A DNA stretch of 64,000 nt from Blasia pusilla (taxonomy: Eukaryota): contig CM114271.1 in the NCBI GenBank assembly GCA_050084515.1, positions 14,694,001-14,758,000 of the forward strand, given 5' to 3'. A program made the position numbers and the translations under genes. Positions 1 to 12,000 of the stretch are shown here, piece by piece. Positions within the stretch are counted from its first letter, which is position 1; each line of letters opens with the position of its first letter. The notes below the pieces were generated by a model that was given only the letters and a program-made list of their open reading frames with translations, did no database searches and was not told the DNA's origin.

Positions 1-22
1 AGCATCCACAACTTCTAGAGGC

Positions 23-335
23 TATTGAAGATTGAGTTACAGTCAAGCTTATGAGACACATGAACTGCTACATTTGGCACTCAAAGGAAGTAGGGAAGCT
101 TAATCTTAGTTAGTCAATTAAGCACAATTATCTTAACTAGGGTTAGTTAATCACAGTTAGTCTAACTCGAGACTTTGGTTAAGGGTAGGGTTAGGGTTTT
201 CTTGTACATATCCCATATAATTGAGAAGAGGACCAACCTCCATTCATTCTCTTATTGCAGATTTCGTTCTCCATGGTGATGTGTGTATGTGAGAGCCGTT
301 TTCCAGGAGTTATGATTGTTAAGCAGTTTTTCACA
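23..335 (+). repeat. 5' LTR of Copia-1
   Basis: Direct repeat of 3985-4296, ends in CA, followed immediately by the PBS. Confidence 0.93.
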
Positions 336-3300
336 TGGTATCAACGCGAGAGGAGAACATCACTTGAAATTCTTAGTGTTTGAAGAGAGAAGAGAGGCAA
401 GAGAAGGCACAATTTCAGTTTGGGAGAATGAAATTTTATTCAAAGCTCAGTGGGTGCAGATTTCAAATGGAGCTTTGACGGTGATAAAACTTTGGAGGCA
501 TTTTTTAGGGCTTTCCTGATCGATTCAGCCGTTTGGGTCCGCTGAGGCTAGAATGATGCCAAAGGTTGGTTCTAGCAATCTTGTAGAGCTCGTTGAGAGC
601 TTAACAATACACCCAAACTCGCTCAATTTTTGACACTATGAGCTCTTGCAGCATCAATTTCCATGTAGGAAAGTGCAATTAGTGAAGAAAAGTTGTGCAG
701 TTTGCTCTCTACACGCCAATTTTGACCAGTTCTTTCATACAGTTGATCAATTTTGGAAAATTTCACGTCAATTTTTGTGTAGGAGTGGTCTATGCTTCAA
801 TTGGAGCAGTAGAAAGCGTGAAATTATGTTTTTGTGAGTAAAATCGTTTATCATGGAGTATTCCTCAACAGCAATCACAGGCGAGAATCTAGACAAGTAG
901 AATTACAATGTCTTGAAGTTTCGCATGAAACAATTCTCATGGGTCAAGAAGTATGGGAGCTTATCACAGGTGATAAGTCCAAGCTAGAAGGAGACTCAAC
1001 AGACTTGAATGTTCGCGCTTGGAACAAACGCGCAAGGCAAGTAATCCATTATATTTCAATAACGATAAGTTCGCCTATGATAGGTCACATCCAAGATGTT
1101 GATATTCCAAAGGAGGCCTGGGATGCATTGGAAAAGTTGCTCGAGACATCTAAAAAGGCCATAAAGCTTCAATTGAAATAGTAATTGAATGAAGTGAGGA
1201 AAGGATCGCAAAGCATCAATGATTATATTTTGAGTATCAGACATATTATTGATCAGTTGAATAGCATTAGAGTGATAGTAGAAGATGATGATCTAATTTT
1301 ATTCACTCTTCAAGGCCTTCCAAAGGATTACAAGTCCTTTGAGACCTCTATCTCAGTGAGAGAGAAGTATCCAACCTTTCAAGAGTTAGTTAGCAGCAAA
1401 GGGTCCATGGATCTTACAATTACTGTTGGATAAAGGGTAATTATGCAAAATTTTGCTTCAAGAAGAGGGCAAATATGAGAACATGAGCCTTACAGCAACA
1501 AAACTATGTGGAGCAACAACACCAAGAGGAGTACCAAGAACAACAACATTCACAAACGTAGCATCTCTTGGTCATGACTCATCATATAGGAGCAATGGTC
1601 AAGAAAGACTCGACAGTAGATTGGTACATTGACTCCGATGCATCAAATCACATGACCTCACAAGCGAGATGGTTCAGTAGTTTGGAGCCGGTGAAAGATC
1701 TTGCAATTGTGCTCATAGGAGATGACACTCAACATCATATCACGCATACCGATAAAGTTCCAATAGCATCAGATGGTCTTTGTGCTCTTGGAAATGTTCT
1801 CTATGTTCCTACCATTGCAAGAAATCGGATCTCTGTAAGACAGATAGTAGAAAAGGGTTATCAAGTGAAGTTTAACGCAGATGGTTATTTTATTGAAAAA
1901 ATGGATGACCAGACTACAATAGCCATAGGAACTAGATCTGGAAGAATGTTCAAATTAGATGTTTCTATGCTAGAGATTCAAACAACAATATATGGTCAAA
2001 CTGGCCAACAAGTCACAAATCTAAATGTGTGGCATAAAAGATTTGGACATATGAATTTTCAAAGATTACAAAGTCTTTCATCATCTTATATAATAATAGG
2101 ACTCCCTAAATTAGCGAGTCCTGTTATGCTAGAGGTATGTCATGCTAGCCAATTTGGAAAACAAGCTAAGTTCATGATAAAACTCCATTCGAAGTCTTCA
2201 GAGGAAGTAAACCTGAATTTTCCTTCTTGAAAGTATTTGGTTATATCTATTACGCTCATGTTCCTTCTGAGAGACGTCAGAAATTAGACCCCAATTTTGA
2301 AAGATGTATCTTTATTGGCTATGCTGATGGAACTAAGGGGTATAAGTGCTATATTCCATCCTCTATGCAGCTTATTATTAGTCGAGATGTTGTCTTTCAT
2401 GAACTAAAGTCATGGTATGCTCCATCTGAGCCTATTCCACTTCTAAACTTGTCTATTGAGGGGGAGAATATGACTATAAACCAACAAACATTATCTTCAA
2501 CTTCCTCAAGTACTAGTGCAGGATTAGGAGAGGTCATAGATTCATCGGTTAAATCTGTGAGTCCATGAACGGGAAGAGTACATATTCAGTTTGTTGACAG
2601 TAGTCAGAGCTCGAGTCACGTGTCAGAGGCATCTACCTTTGAACAACAACTTCGTAGATCAAGTAGAGTTACACATCCAGTTCATAGATTCATAAATGAA
2701 GGTTTCCTTGCAACACATCATGCATATATGATGACTACCCTTCAAGAGCAGGAGCCGAGTTGTTTTGAAGAATTTGCGAGTAAAACCGAATGGATTGAAG
2801 CTATGAAGGAAGAGCTTGCTGCATTAAGACATCAACAAATATGAGAGTTGGTTGATATATCTTCCGGAAATATGAGATTATTGGTTGCAAATGAGTTTAC
2901 AAAATCAAACGCAATCAAGATGGTACAATTAACAGATACAAAGCGAGATTGGTGGCTAAGGGCTATGCACAACAATATGGTATCGATTATGAGGAAATAT
3001 TTAGCCCTGTTGCAAATATCGCGACTATAAAAACAGTGGTTGCAGTTGCAGTAAGTAAGAAGTGGAGATTATCTCACATGGACGTCAAGAATGCCTTCTT
3101 GAATGGAGATCTATACGAGGAGGTATATATGACTCAACCACTTGGATACGAGTATCCTAAGTTTCCATTTTGCGTATGCAGGTTGAAGAAAGCTCTATAC
3201 GGGCTCAAACAAGCTCTAAGAGATGGGTATGGCAAGATTACATACATCCTACAAGAGTTGGATTTTAGGATATGTGATTCTAACTCCTCGTTATATGTCT

Positions 3301-3984
3301 TGAGAGGACAAGATCATACAGTTCTCATTATGTTGTATGTTGATGATCTCTTGATTAGTGGGATTACTAAAGAAATGGTATAACAAGTCAAGCTTAATTT
3401 ACAAGTAGAATTTGATATGAAGGACTTGGGAGAACTCAAGTACTTCCTTGGTATTGAGTTTATCAAGGTTGGACAGAGCATCTGGTTACTACAATGAAAA
3501 TATTCTCTTCATATGCTTTCAAAATATGGTATGACGGTTTGTAAGCCAATCTCTATACCATTGGACCAAACCGTGAAGCTAAGAGTCAATGAAGGAGAGT
3601 TGCTTGCAGATTATAATATGTACATGCGCATGGTTGGAAGTTTAATCTATCTAACTATAACCAGATCAAATGTGAGGCGGTGTGGCTTCATCGATTACTT
3701 GTTGAGATTGGTGTTAGTAACTTAGGACCTAGTGTAACATATGCAGACAATATTAGCAGCATCAAGCTTGCCAATAACCCTATGTTTCATGCTCGTACAA
3801 AGCATGTTGAGGTGCACTATCATTTTATCAGAGAGAAAGTGTTTGGAGGAGAAATTGATCTTGTGTATATAGGTACAAATCAACAAATTGATGACATCTT
3901 TACAAAGGCATTGTATAGAGATAAGTTTGAGATGTTTAGAAAGGATGTAGGCATTAGAGATATCGATATGAGCTTGAGGGCGAG

Positions 3985-4296
3985 CATTGAAGATTGAGTT
4001 ACAATCAAGCTCATGAGACAGCTGAACTGCTACATTTGGCACTCACACGAAGTAGGGAAGCTGAATCTTGGTTAGTCAATTAAGCGCGATTATCTTAACT
4101 AAGATCAGTTAATCACAATTAGTCTAACTCGAGACAATGATTAAGGGTAGGATTAGGATTTCTTGTACATACCCTATATAATTGAGAAGAGGACCAACCT
4201 CCATTCATTCTCTCATTGCAAATTTAGTTCTCCATGGTGTTTTGTGTGTGTGAGAGCCGTTTTCCACGAGTTATGCTTGTTTAGTAGTTTTCCACA
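3985..4296 (+). repeat. 3' LTR of Copia-1
   Basis: Direct repeat of 23-335, preceded by a purine tract and followed by the TSD. Confidence 0.93.
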
Positions 4297-4301
4297 GAGG
4301 C

Positions 4302-7300
4302 GCCCAAGTGAGAGTTTGCCTGAGGCCTACACCTGCTAACACCGGATAATGAATGTCACTAAGGAGGTGACAGAGGCTCAGGCTATCCCCTCATGATACA
4401 CGATGTTGGACCAGACCTTACGGACACATGTGCGAGAGGGGGTGCTTCTTATGAACACGTCCCCTACATTGAGAGATGTTTGTAGGACCGCCGAGAACAT
4501 TGAGGGCAACATGACGGAGGAGACCGCAGCCACCATGCGTTATGGGCAAGAGCAATCACGATTTCTTGCACCACCAGTGTAGCAACGTGGATTCCGATAT
4601 AGGTTTGTGGTACCACGAGCTTAGGCAGGTTACCGAGAGGTCGTGCCACGGAGACCTGCACCTTCATATGCGGCTCAGCAGTAGCTGCCTATGATTATTT
4701 GTTGGTCATGTGGTGGAGCCCATTATCAGCGCGATTGCACTTGTCAGGATCATAATCGTTTGCCTTAGCATGGAGGAGGAGATGGTGCTACACCAAGAGC
4801 TTATCAGTGTGACTATTGTCAAAGGTACGATCACACACGCACTAGGTGTTTCAGCTTGCACCCTAAGTAATATTTGGATCGAGCACCAAAAAGGGCACCA
4901 TTGCAAGTTGCCGGTCTGGGTGGGTGTAGAGGTCGTACACCAGGTGGTCTCGTTGGGGGACGAGGAGTTGGATTCGCCCGAGAGGATGGTGGAGTTGCCG
5001 GTGGAGGATGAAGAATCCCATCACCTCGACGCGTCAAGAGAGACATCGGGCATGAGGCTGGGATGGCAGCTCAGATACAAGAGCTACAGTAGTAGATTGC
5101 CGCTGTGGCATTGAGGTTACCCGATGCGAGATCCGTGGCATCGACATCTTATGGAGCCTCCAGAGATATGGAGGATCGTGGTTGGATGTGTGCGGTTTCT
5201 TAGACGGAGGCCGCCACAGTTGTTACGCGTGGAGCAACCGTAGAGTTGGATCCAGAGCAAGGGGAAGCCAGGAAACAGACCAAGCTTCCTAAGTCCTTCA
5301 TGCTGTCCGATGCAATCAAGATCCCATCGATGGGTCCTATTCAGAGTTCTCATAGAGTTGGTGATGTTGTTGGTGTGCAGGCATGAAGGGCGATGGGAGA
5401 AACGAATGCAATGATTCCTATTTTTTATGCTCAGAAGGAGCATGTGTCAAGCACGTTGTTGGGGGCGGCCACTATTGTGTTCCGCACTCCTTTATTTTTT
5501 ACTTCCGATGTTGTGACGTTGGGAGGCATGCTCGCCGAGGTTTTTTGGGTGGCCGCAACGCTATATGAGCGTGGAGTTGGAGTTCTTGCATCACGTTTAG
5601 AGGTGATTGTAGAGGAGGTGATGGACCTGCCCTTGGAGCTGATGTTCATGCCATCCACGTCAGATTCATGGCAGGCTGCGGCTGCTAGGATGGCGGAGAA
5701 GCCTGCTAGACCCATGATAGAGCGTGCCATGGCTTCTCTTGGTGTTGTTTTTCTAGATAACCGGGGAGAGGTCTTCCAGTTGGTGAGTCCAAGAGGTAGA
5801 GCTTTTAGTCGGCAACGCATCTTGTTGGATTCGAGAGCGCAACCTCTGATGTTGGGGAAAGCGACATTCAGAGGTTTGGGCCTGACGAGGGCCGATGTAA
5901 AACATTGTCCATTCTAGATATAGACATCCTTAGGTGGAGCAAGTACCACACAGTTTATCACCCAACATGAGGTCGTGGTGAAGATTTTCCTGAGACATCC
6001 TACAAATGAGTCCATGGTGCGAGCCAAGGCGACAATGATTGATGTAGAGTCCTACGACATCTTGGTTGTTGGAGCAGTGTTGTACCCAATGGAGTTTTCC
6101 TTGGATTATTGGGAGGAGTCAGCCTTCTACAGACCAAGATGGCAGTCAGATGATGGATGCCTTAGCTAATTACCCGTTTGATTCACAAGTGCAGTGATCA
6201 GCGCCAGCTTGGAGAGATGGCGACCTTAGCACCATTTAACAGTGCCACCACTTGGCCTAGTGATTTGATTGAGGGACATGTCCATGCAGTGGATACTCTC
6301 GTTCCTGACATTTCTATGGAGAGGAGTGTCATGGTTGCCGTACCTGTTTGTGGTGGAGAGGTGCCGCTTTGGGGTTCGACTGAGGAGCTTCGACGCTTAT
6401 CCACTCAACATGTGAAAATCGCATGGAGGGAGACGTTTGCACCATAGTGTGATGGGTCAGAGAAACTCGAGATAGCCATGAGTGCTACTATGATGCCTTT
6501 AAACAATGCCCGATTGTGTGGTGCATCCATAAGGAGGGTATTCGTGTGTTGGATCTCTTTGGAGGGATCAACATTGGCTTAGCTGCTATTTTGCAGGCTA
6601 GAGTCCGCATGCAGTAGTACTTGAACGTGGAGGTTGATGATGTTGCAAGGCGCGCTTCACTTCACCATGTGGTGCAGTTACGCCTTCATTTTCCCGACTT
6701 GTTATCTGGATCCGCCATCAAGGGTTACCGGAGTTCCCTACCAAGGGACATTTCATTGTTGGAGGCGGAGGACTTGGAGCGGATAGGGACCATAGACTTG
6801 GTCATTTTTGGTTGGCCGTGTCAGGGCCAATCGAGTGTTGGATGAGGTAGTTGGTTAGCTGACTCTTGGTCCATGTTGTTTTGGGAGATGATACGGATTT
6901 TGTGGCACTTGCAAGAGCATCAGTCCCGTTCTCCAACATACATTCTGGAGAATGTGCCAATTTTGGGCGATTCGAGGTCCCGCGTGGTGACGAGTGCCCA
7001 ACTCGTGCGTGCATGGATCGGCTCAGTAGTGTTTTTTGGATGCGGCGAATGTTAGTTCTAGAGCACACCGCCTGCATCTTTCATGGACCAACTTGGTACC
7101 ATACGAGGTGTTGTGGAGGGCATATGCACGAGTGGAGCATCGCTCCTAGTTGCTGGTGGATTCCACATAAGATCCGGGATGTCAATCACACGCTGTGAGG
7201 CACGATGATCGACCGCCATTGACTGTGGTCAACAGGATTGGCATGCCATGGGCAGCCTTTCCCATATTTGTGAGTTTTCTTGCTTCCCATGGATTGAATG

Positions 7301-7630
7301 AGACCAGACCTGGCTTGGCTTGGATCTTGACTAGGTACACAGGTTGGTGGAGCCCAACGCTGATGAGCGAGCGAGCGGCAATGGGATTCCCCATAGGAGT
7401 GACGGTAGTACCGTCACTTTTAGAGGCATGACGACATCATGTCTTGGGTTAGGCATTGGACCTAAACTGCTTGACATGGATTTTCAGCTTAGGAGTAGTT
7501 GAGCCACAACATGGTAGCCACAACATCGAGCGTGGTTTTGGGCACTACATGTGGAGATCAGAGGTTGCAGTTGGATGCAGGGCAAGGACAAGTGTTACTG
7601 TCGAAGATGGTGTTGCACCATAGCAACCAC
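4302..7630 (+). mobile_element. Ty3/gypsy fragment carrying a DNA methyltransferase (copy 1): gag-protease-DNMT
   Basis: Two CCHC knuckles (CWSCGGAHYQRDC at ~4700, CDYCQRYDHTRTRC at ~4810); retropepsin-like ILLDSRAQ at ~5820 and YDILV at ~6055; then a C5-MTase domain. Linker and MTase are homologous to the RT/IN-bearing copy at 57-62 kb. Interrupted in gag by Copia-1 and truncated before RT. Confidence 0.85.
6534..7500 (+). pseudogene. DNMT3-like C5 cytosine methyltransferase domain (retrotransposon-borne, disrupted)
   Basis: Motif I IRVLDLFGGI; motif II YLNVEVD; motif IV DLVIFGWPCQG; LFWEM; motif VI YILENV; motif VIII RAHRLHLSWTNL; ERAAMGFP; motif X RHHVLG. Spread over several frames with stops. 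Confidence 0.9.
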
Positions 7631-9065
7631 CTACACATTAGAAAAATCAGAATCCCTCTCCTTACAACATAGTACAATCAGACATAATATGACCCCATTA
7701 ATACAATGACTTATCTTACCAAGTAGACCAGGTTGGTGATCATTTGGTGGAACCTGTGGGGCAAGTCCAAGATTTGGGGCAAAGAAATGTCCACCAAAGA
7801 AGCCAATGGGTTGGCCCCATCCAAGAGGAATAGAACCTGCATGCCATACTTCAATATGCATTAACAATATGCTTGTAAGGGCTGATGGAGCCCTCAAAAA
7901 ATGACCCCTTGTTCAAACTTCTAACTTCATGAAACAGTATGGGAGGTGTTTAGGATCCTTTTGAGTACTTGTCATGCCCGAAGGCCATTGTGTGGGCATC
8001 TGGAACCCTAGGTTCATCCCAAGAATCGGCCATTGTAGGACTCCGGGAAGATGGGAAAGTGGATTCTTCTCACTTTTTTTTTCTTCTTGCCTGGACTAGG
8101 ACGCTATCGCTAAACAATCTAAGTGAGTCATTTTAGTATTTGCAAGAAAGAAGTTATAAACAAATAAAGTACTATGCAATTATTTCAATGTTTGCAATTA
8201 AGAGACTTGTTACTTACACATTCGTCACACGCCTTGCCACAATTCTTCTTCTGCCTTTATGGAGACTTCCCCTTGGCTACTCGAATCTATTCTAAACGTT
8301 CAGGGGAAGATTGTTGAGGTGTTGCATCATAGTCTTTATCGGACTCATTATTACTACTGAACCCTTTCTCTTCATCATTTGATGAGTCCTCCGACATAGT
8401 TGTTTTCTATGCAACACTTCGAGTATTATATACCTTTGGAGTTGATTAACAAACACCCTCACTGGTTCTTGCTCTCTTTTGAAAAACAAGTTGGTTAAGA
8501 GGTGGAAGAACTCTCCTTCAAACCAAATTCATAGCCAATCCATCTAATGGTAGTAAGATTATAGTCACAAAGGATAAAAATTGAAACCATTATAAAGTAA
8601 GTCCACCAAAGAGCAAGTTCAAAGAGTACTTCTTACCGAAACTCCTCTCCAAGTTTCCTTGTCGCCTCTCTCACAAAAGCCACACGCTCCTCACGTAGTC
8701 GATGGTATTTACTGCAAGGACTCTCCTCTACAATGTGGGTCTTGTCATCACTCTCAGAGTCTCTGCCCACCTCCGATGGCATGATCATTTAAACGCTAAT
8801 GAAATTGGACCCGATGTCAAACTACAATCAAAGTCCAATTGTAAGTACTTCTCTAGGAATTTTTTTCTCAAAAAATAGATATGTCATCAAGTTGGGTAAA
8901 GTACCTGAAACAGATAGATCCAAAATCCAAAAAAAACATTTAGAAAACTTAATTTTCACAATTCCAAGGCATACTATTATCATTGAAAATCCTCCTCACT
9001 TAAAACCTTACAAGGTAAAGTTGTTGCCCTACTTGTATAGAATAACACCAACATTGATGATTTGA

Positions 9066-12000
9066 CTATTCATCTTGACTATCTGAGCTACTATTTTGCT
9101 CCTTCTCATCCTCAGATGTAGGAGCCTCATACAGTCCTTCATCTCTATCCTCTATACTAATTGTAGTGTAGTCCATATTCGCTAGTGCTATTTTTGCATC
9201 TGATAGTTGTATTGCCCCAACCTGGGTTACATCACGAACTTCACTCTCTAGTTTTGTATGAGCATCAAACCCTCTAGGTTGCAAGATATCATTTCTTGAT
9301 AAGTCTACACTCTCCCCCACTATCCTTCTTGATCGTGCTTGTTTTTGCATAACAATTTTCCATCCTGACCTATCTTCTACATCTCCATAAAATACTTGCT
9401 CTACTTGGCTGGGAAAAACATCAAAATTCAAGGGCAAGAATTTTGTAAAGTTGGCTTGTAGGAAACTATTATCATCATAAAGCATGTTGGGTTCTCGGGA
9501 GCCCCATGTAGATTGAACCTATTTTCCCCTCATCAAGATAATGGGCTACTCTAACCGGCCATAATCCATAATTAAAATATCATACAAGAGGCCAACATAA
9601 GGCATGTGATGGTTTGCAATGGCTTCCTCCCACGGATGAGATTCAAAAATTGATGCAATCCACGAATCAAAGGTTGTGTAATCACTTCCATCATCTATCC
9701 TAAAATGGTTTCCATAAGCTTTCATCTTTTTGTATGACAAGTAAAACCGAGAAGGTGGGACCGATAGTTTTATAACCATATCATCAATGGCATGGCCGGA
9801 AGCTAATTCTATAATCTTTGGACGGATCCATTGAGAGAATGTGGAATCCCCATTGCCCTCCTCTCTGAACTTTCTCCACAATAACCAGCGATGACAAACT
9901 TTTAAAAACCAACACCCTCCATTAACTACAAAAGGTAGTTATTTCTTGCCTGGAAAAATAATCTGATTCGATAGAAATAGAAAGGCTAGAAGGAAACTAG
10001 ATGGAAAGAGTTTACATAACATTAGTACTTACTCCAACCATATTGTGAAACATTCACTATTATGGAGCACATATGCATGTGCCACTTCAAGAATTTCAAA
10101 GCTCATTTGACGCTTGGTCCCGACACCTTCTAACACTTCGCCAACAACTCCTTCGTCCTCGCTCGCATCCCAAACTCTTGTTCGTATGACATCATAGTTT
10201 TGCATGTACTCGGTGATGAAACCAAGAGCTTCATCAAGTAGATATCCTTCGGCCATACAACCATATGGTCTAGCACGTGATCTGACATAATTCTTCAATA
10301 CACCCAAATATCAAGCTCTTCAACCAAATGGACAAGGAGATGAGTCATCACCTCAAAGAAGGAAGGGGGAAAGTGTATGACCATGAGGCAAAGCGTGGTA
10401 GAAACGTCTTCTTTTAAGGATTCAAAATCCTCAGGATCGTATGTCTTAACACAAAGGCATCGGAAAATTCTGGATATGCACATGATAGTCATCCTGATTG
10501 GGTTTTCCAAGAGTCTCCGCAAAAAGAATGGTAAGAGTTGTTGCATAAAAATATGATGGTCATGGGACTTAAGTGCACCCGGATTCTTCCGGAGCAAATG
10601 TTTCTGTAAAGCACTAGCATAACCGCCAGGAACTTTTAGACTTTGTACCCTAGCGTCTAATATCTTAACCTCCTCAGGGGTAAGCACGTAATCTGCCTTT
10701 GGTTTTAACTTGACGGATGCTATACTAGGATGCGCTTGAAGCCACAAGTGACGTCTAAATCCCCTAACCTCCATGTCTTGCCTAACTTGAACCGAGTCCT
10801 TGATTTTCATACCAAACAAGGTTTTCAACATATTGTCCACAAATTTTTTTTCATAATGCATAATGTCAAGGGTATGACGGATCAATAAATCCCGAAAAAT
10901 TATCAAGAAGGAATAATGTGAATTTCGGGTTCATCCATGCACTCAACAAAGAAACCAGTTTGTGATCAAACTAACACAATTACCACAAGAAATGGAAAGC
11001 CGGACAAATATGAAAAAATGCAAACATTTTCAATAGATTTTACTCACCTTCCAATAAGGCAGTTTGAATAGAATGCTCTTTTTGTGAGAAAACAGAAAGT
11101 GACGAAATCACTGAAATCTTTACAAAACTTAGAGATACAAAGTGGCCTAGTCCGTCCGTGCGCTCATAGAAGAGCTTCGATGGAACCTGAACTGGGAGAT
11201 AACTCGACATACGAGAATGCGCTACCGCTGCGGCTCCCGACTATTTGACTACTCGGGAAAACTAGGGTTTTACCTATTTTTCTTCGTTTCTATTAATAGA
11301 AAAAATTTGCCGGGGGCTGCGCCTTTGGACCCCCGCGCCCGTTTATCTACCCCTATATTGCATCACGGTGCCCCGCACCCTGATGCAATATAGGGTTAGA
11401 TAAACCTAGTAACGCTACTCCGTAAATCACCTACGTCATATTACTATGACTCCTTCGACGTCTAAGTCGGAACCATCGATCTAGGCTTCTCCTCGTACAA
11501 GGGGGCCGATCAAATCAATGGTGCTCAGAGGAGTGGATGTTGAGAATCCAATACCCCCCCTCAATATCCATTCTCATGTGGACTATTGTCTTGGACCTAT
11601 GCCAAGACCCTTCAGATGTCGGTGAAGCTGATCTCCGCTCAAGGCTTTCGTGAAGATGTCTGCACGGTTATCCTCTATTGGACAATAGACTAACTTCAAA
11701 ACCTCTATCTCGATCAATTCACAAACAAAATGGTACTGGATCTCTATGTGCTTCGTACGAGCATGAAACATAGGATTATGTACTATGGCAATGCAACTCT
11801 GATTGTCACACCACATTACAGTAGCACTTTCTGGTGCTTCTCCTATGTCCTCCAGTATCCATCTCAACCATAGTGCTTCACAAGAAGCATAACAAGCCGC
11901 CTTGTACTCTGCCTCGGTAGAAGAAAGAGCCACTGTAGGTTTCTTCTTGCTGACCCATGACACCACACCTGATCCTACCAAGAAGCAATAACCCGAAACT

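Larger units (their letters stand above)
23..4296 (+). mobile_element. Ty1/copia LTR retrotransposon (Copia-1), degenerate and internally deleted
   Basis: LTRs at 23-335 and 3985-4296; GAGGC TSD at 18-22 and 4297-4301; tRNA-Met-type PBS tggtatcaacgc at 336-347; PPT before 3985. Gag fragments 834-1433, protease WYIDSDASNHM, WHKRFGH, RT (MDVKNAFLNG, LYVDDLL) and RNase H C-terminus (RTKHVEVHYHF). Many stops and frameshifts. Confidence 0.95.

Noticed and set aside
137-200. tagggtt telomere-like motifs in LTRs
   Set aside because: Isolated telo-box-like motifs, common in plant LTRs; no telomeric array
6534-7500. MTase as a host DNMT3/DRM gene or bacterial restriction-modification contaminant
   Set aside because: No introns or host N-terminal domains, no restriction partner, and it is embedded at the same pol position in two copies
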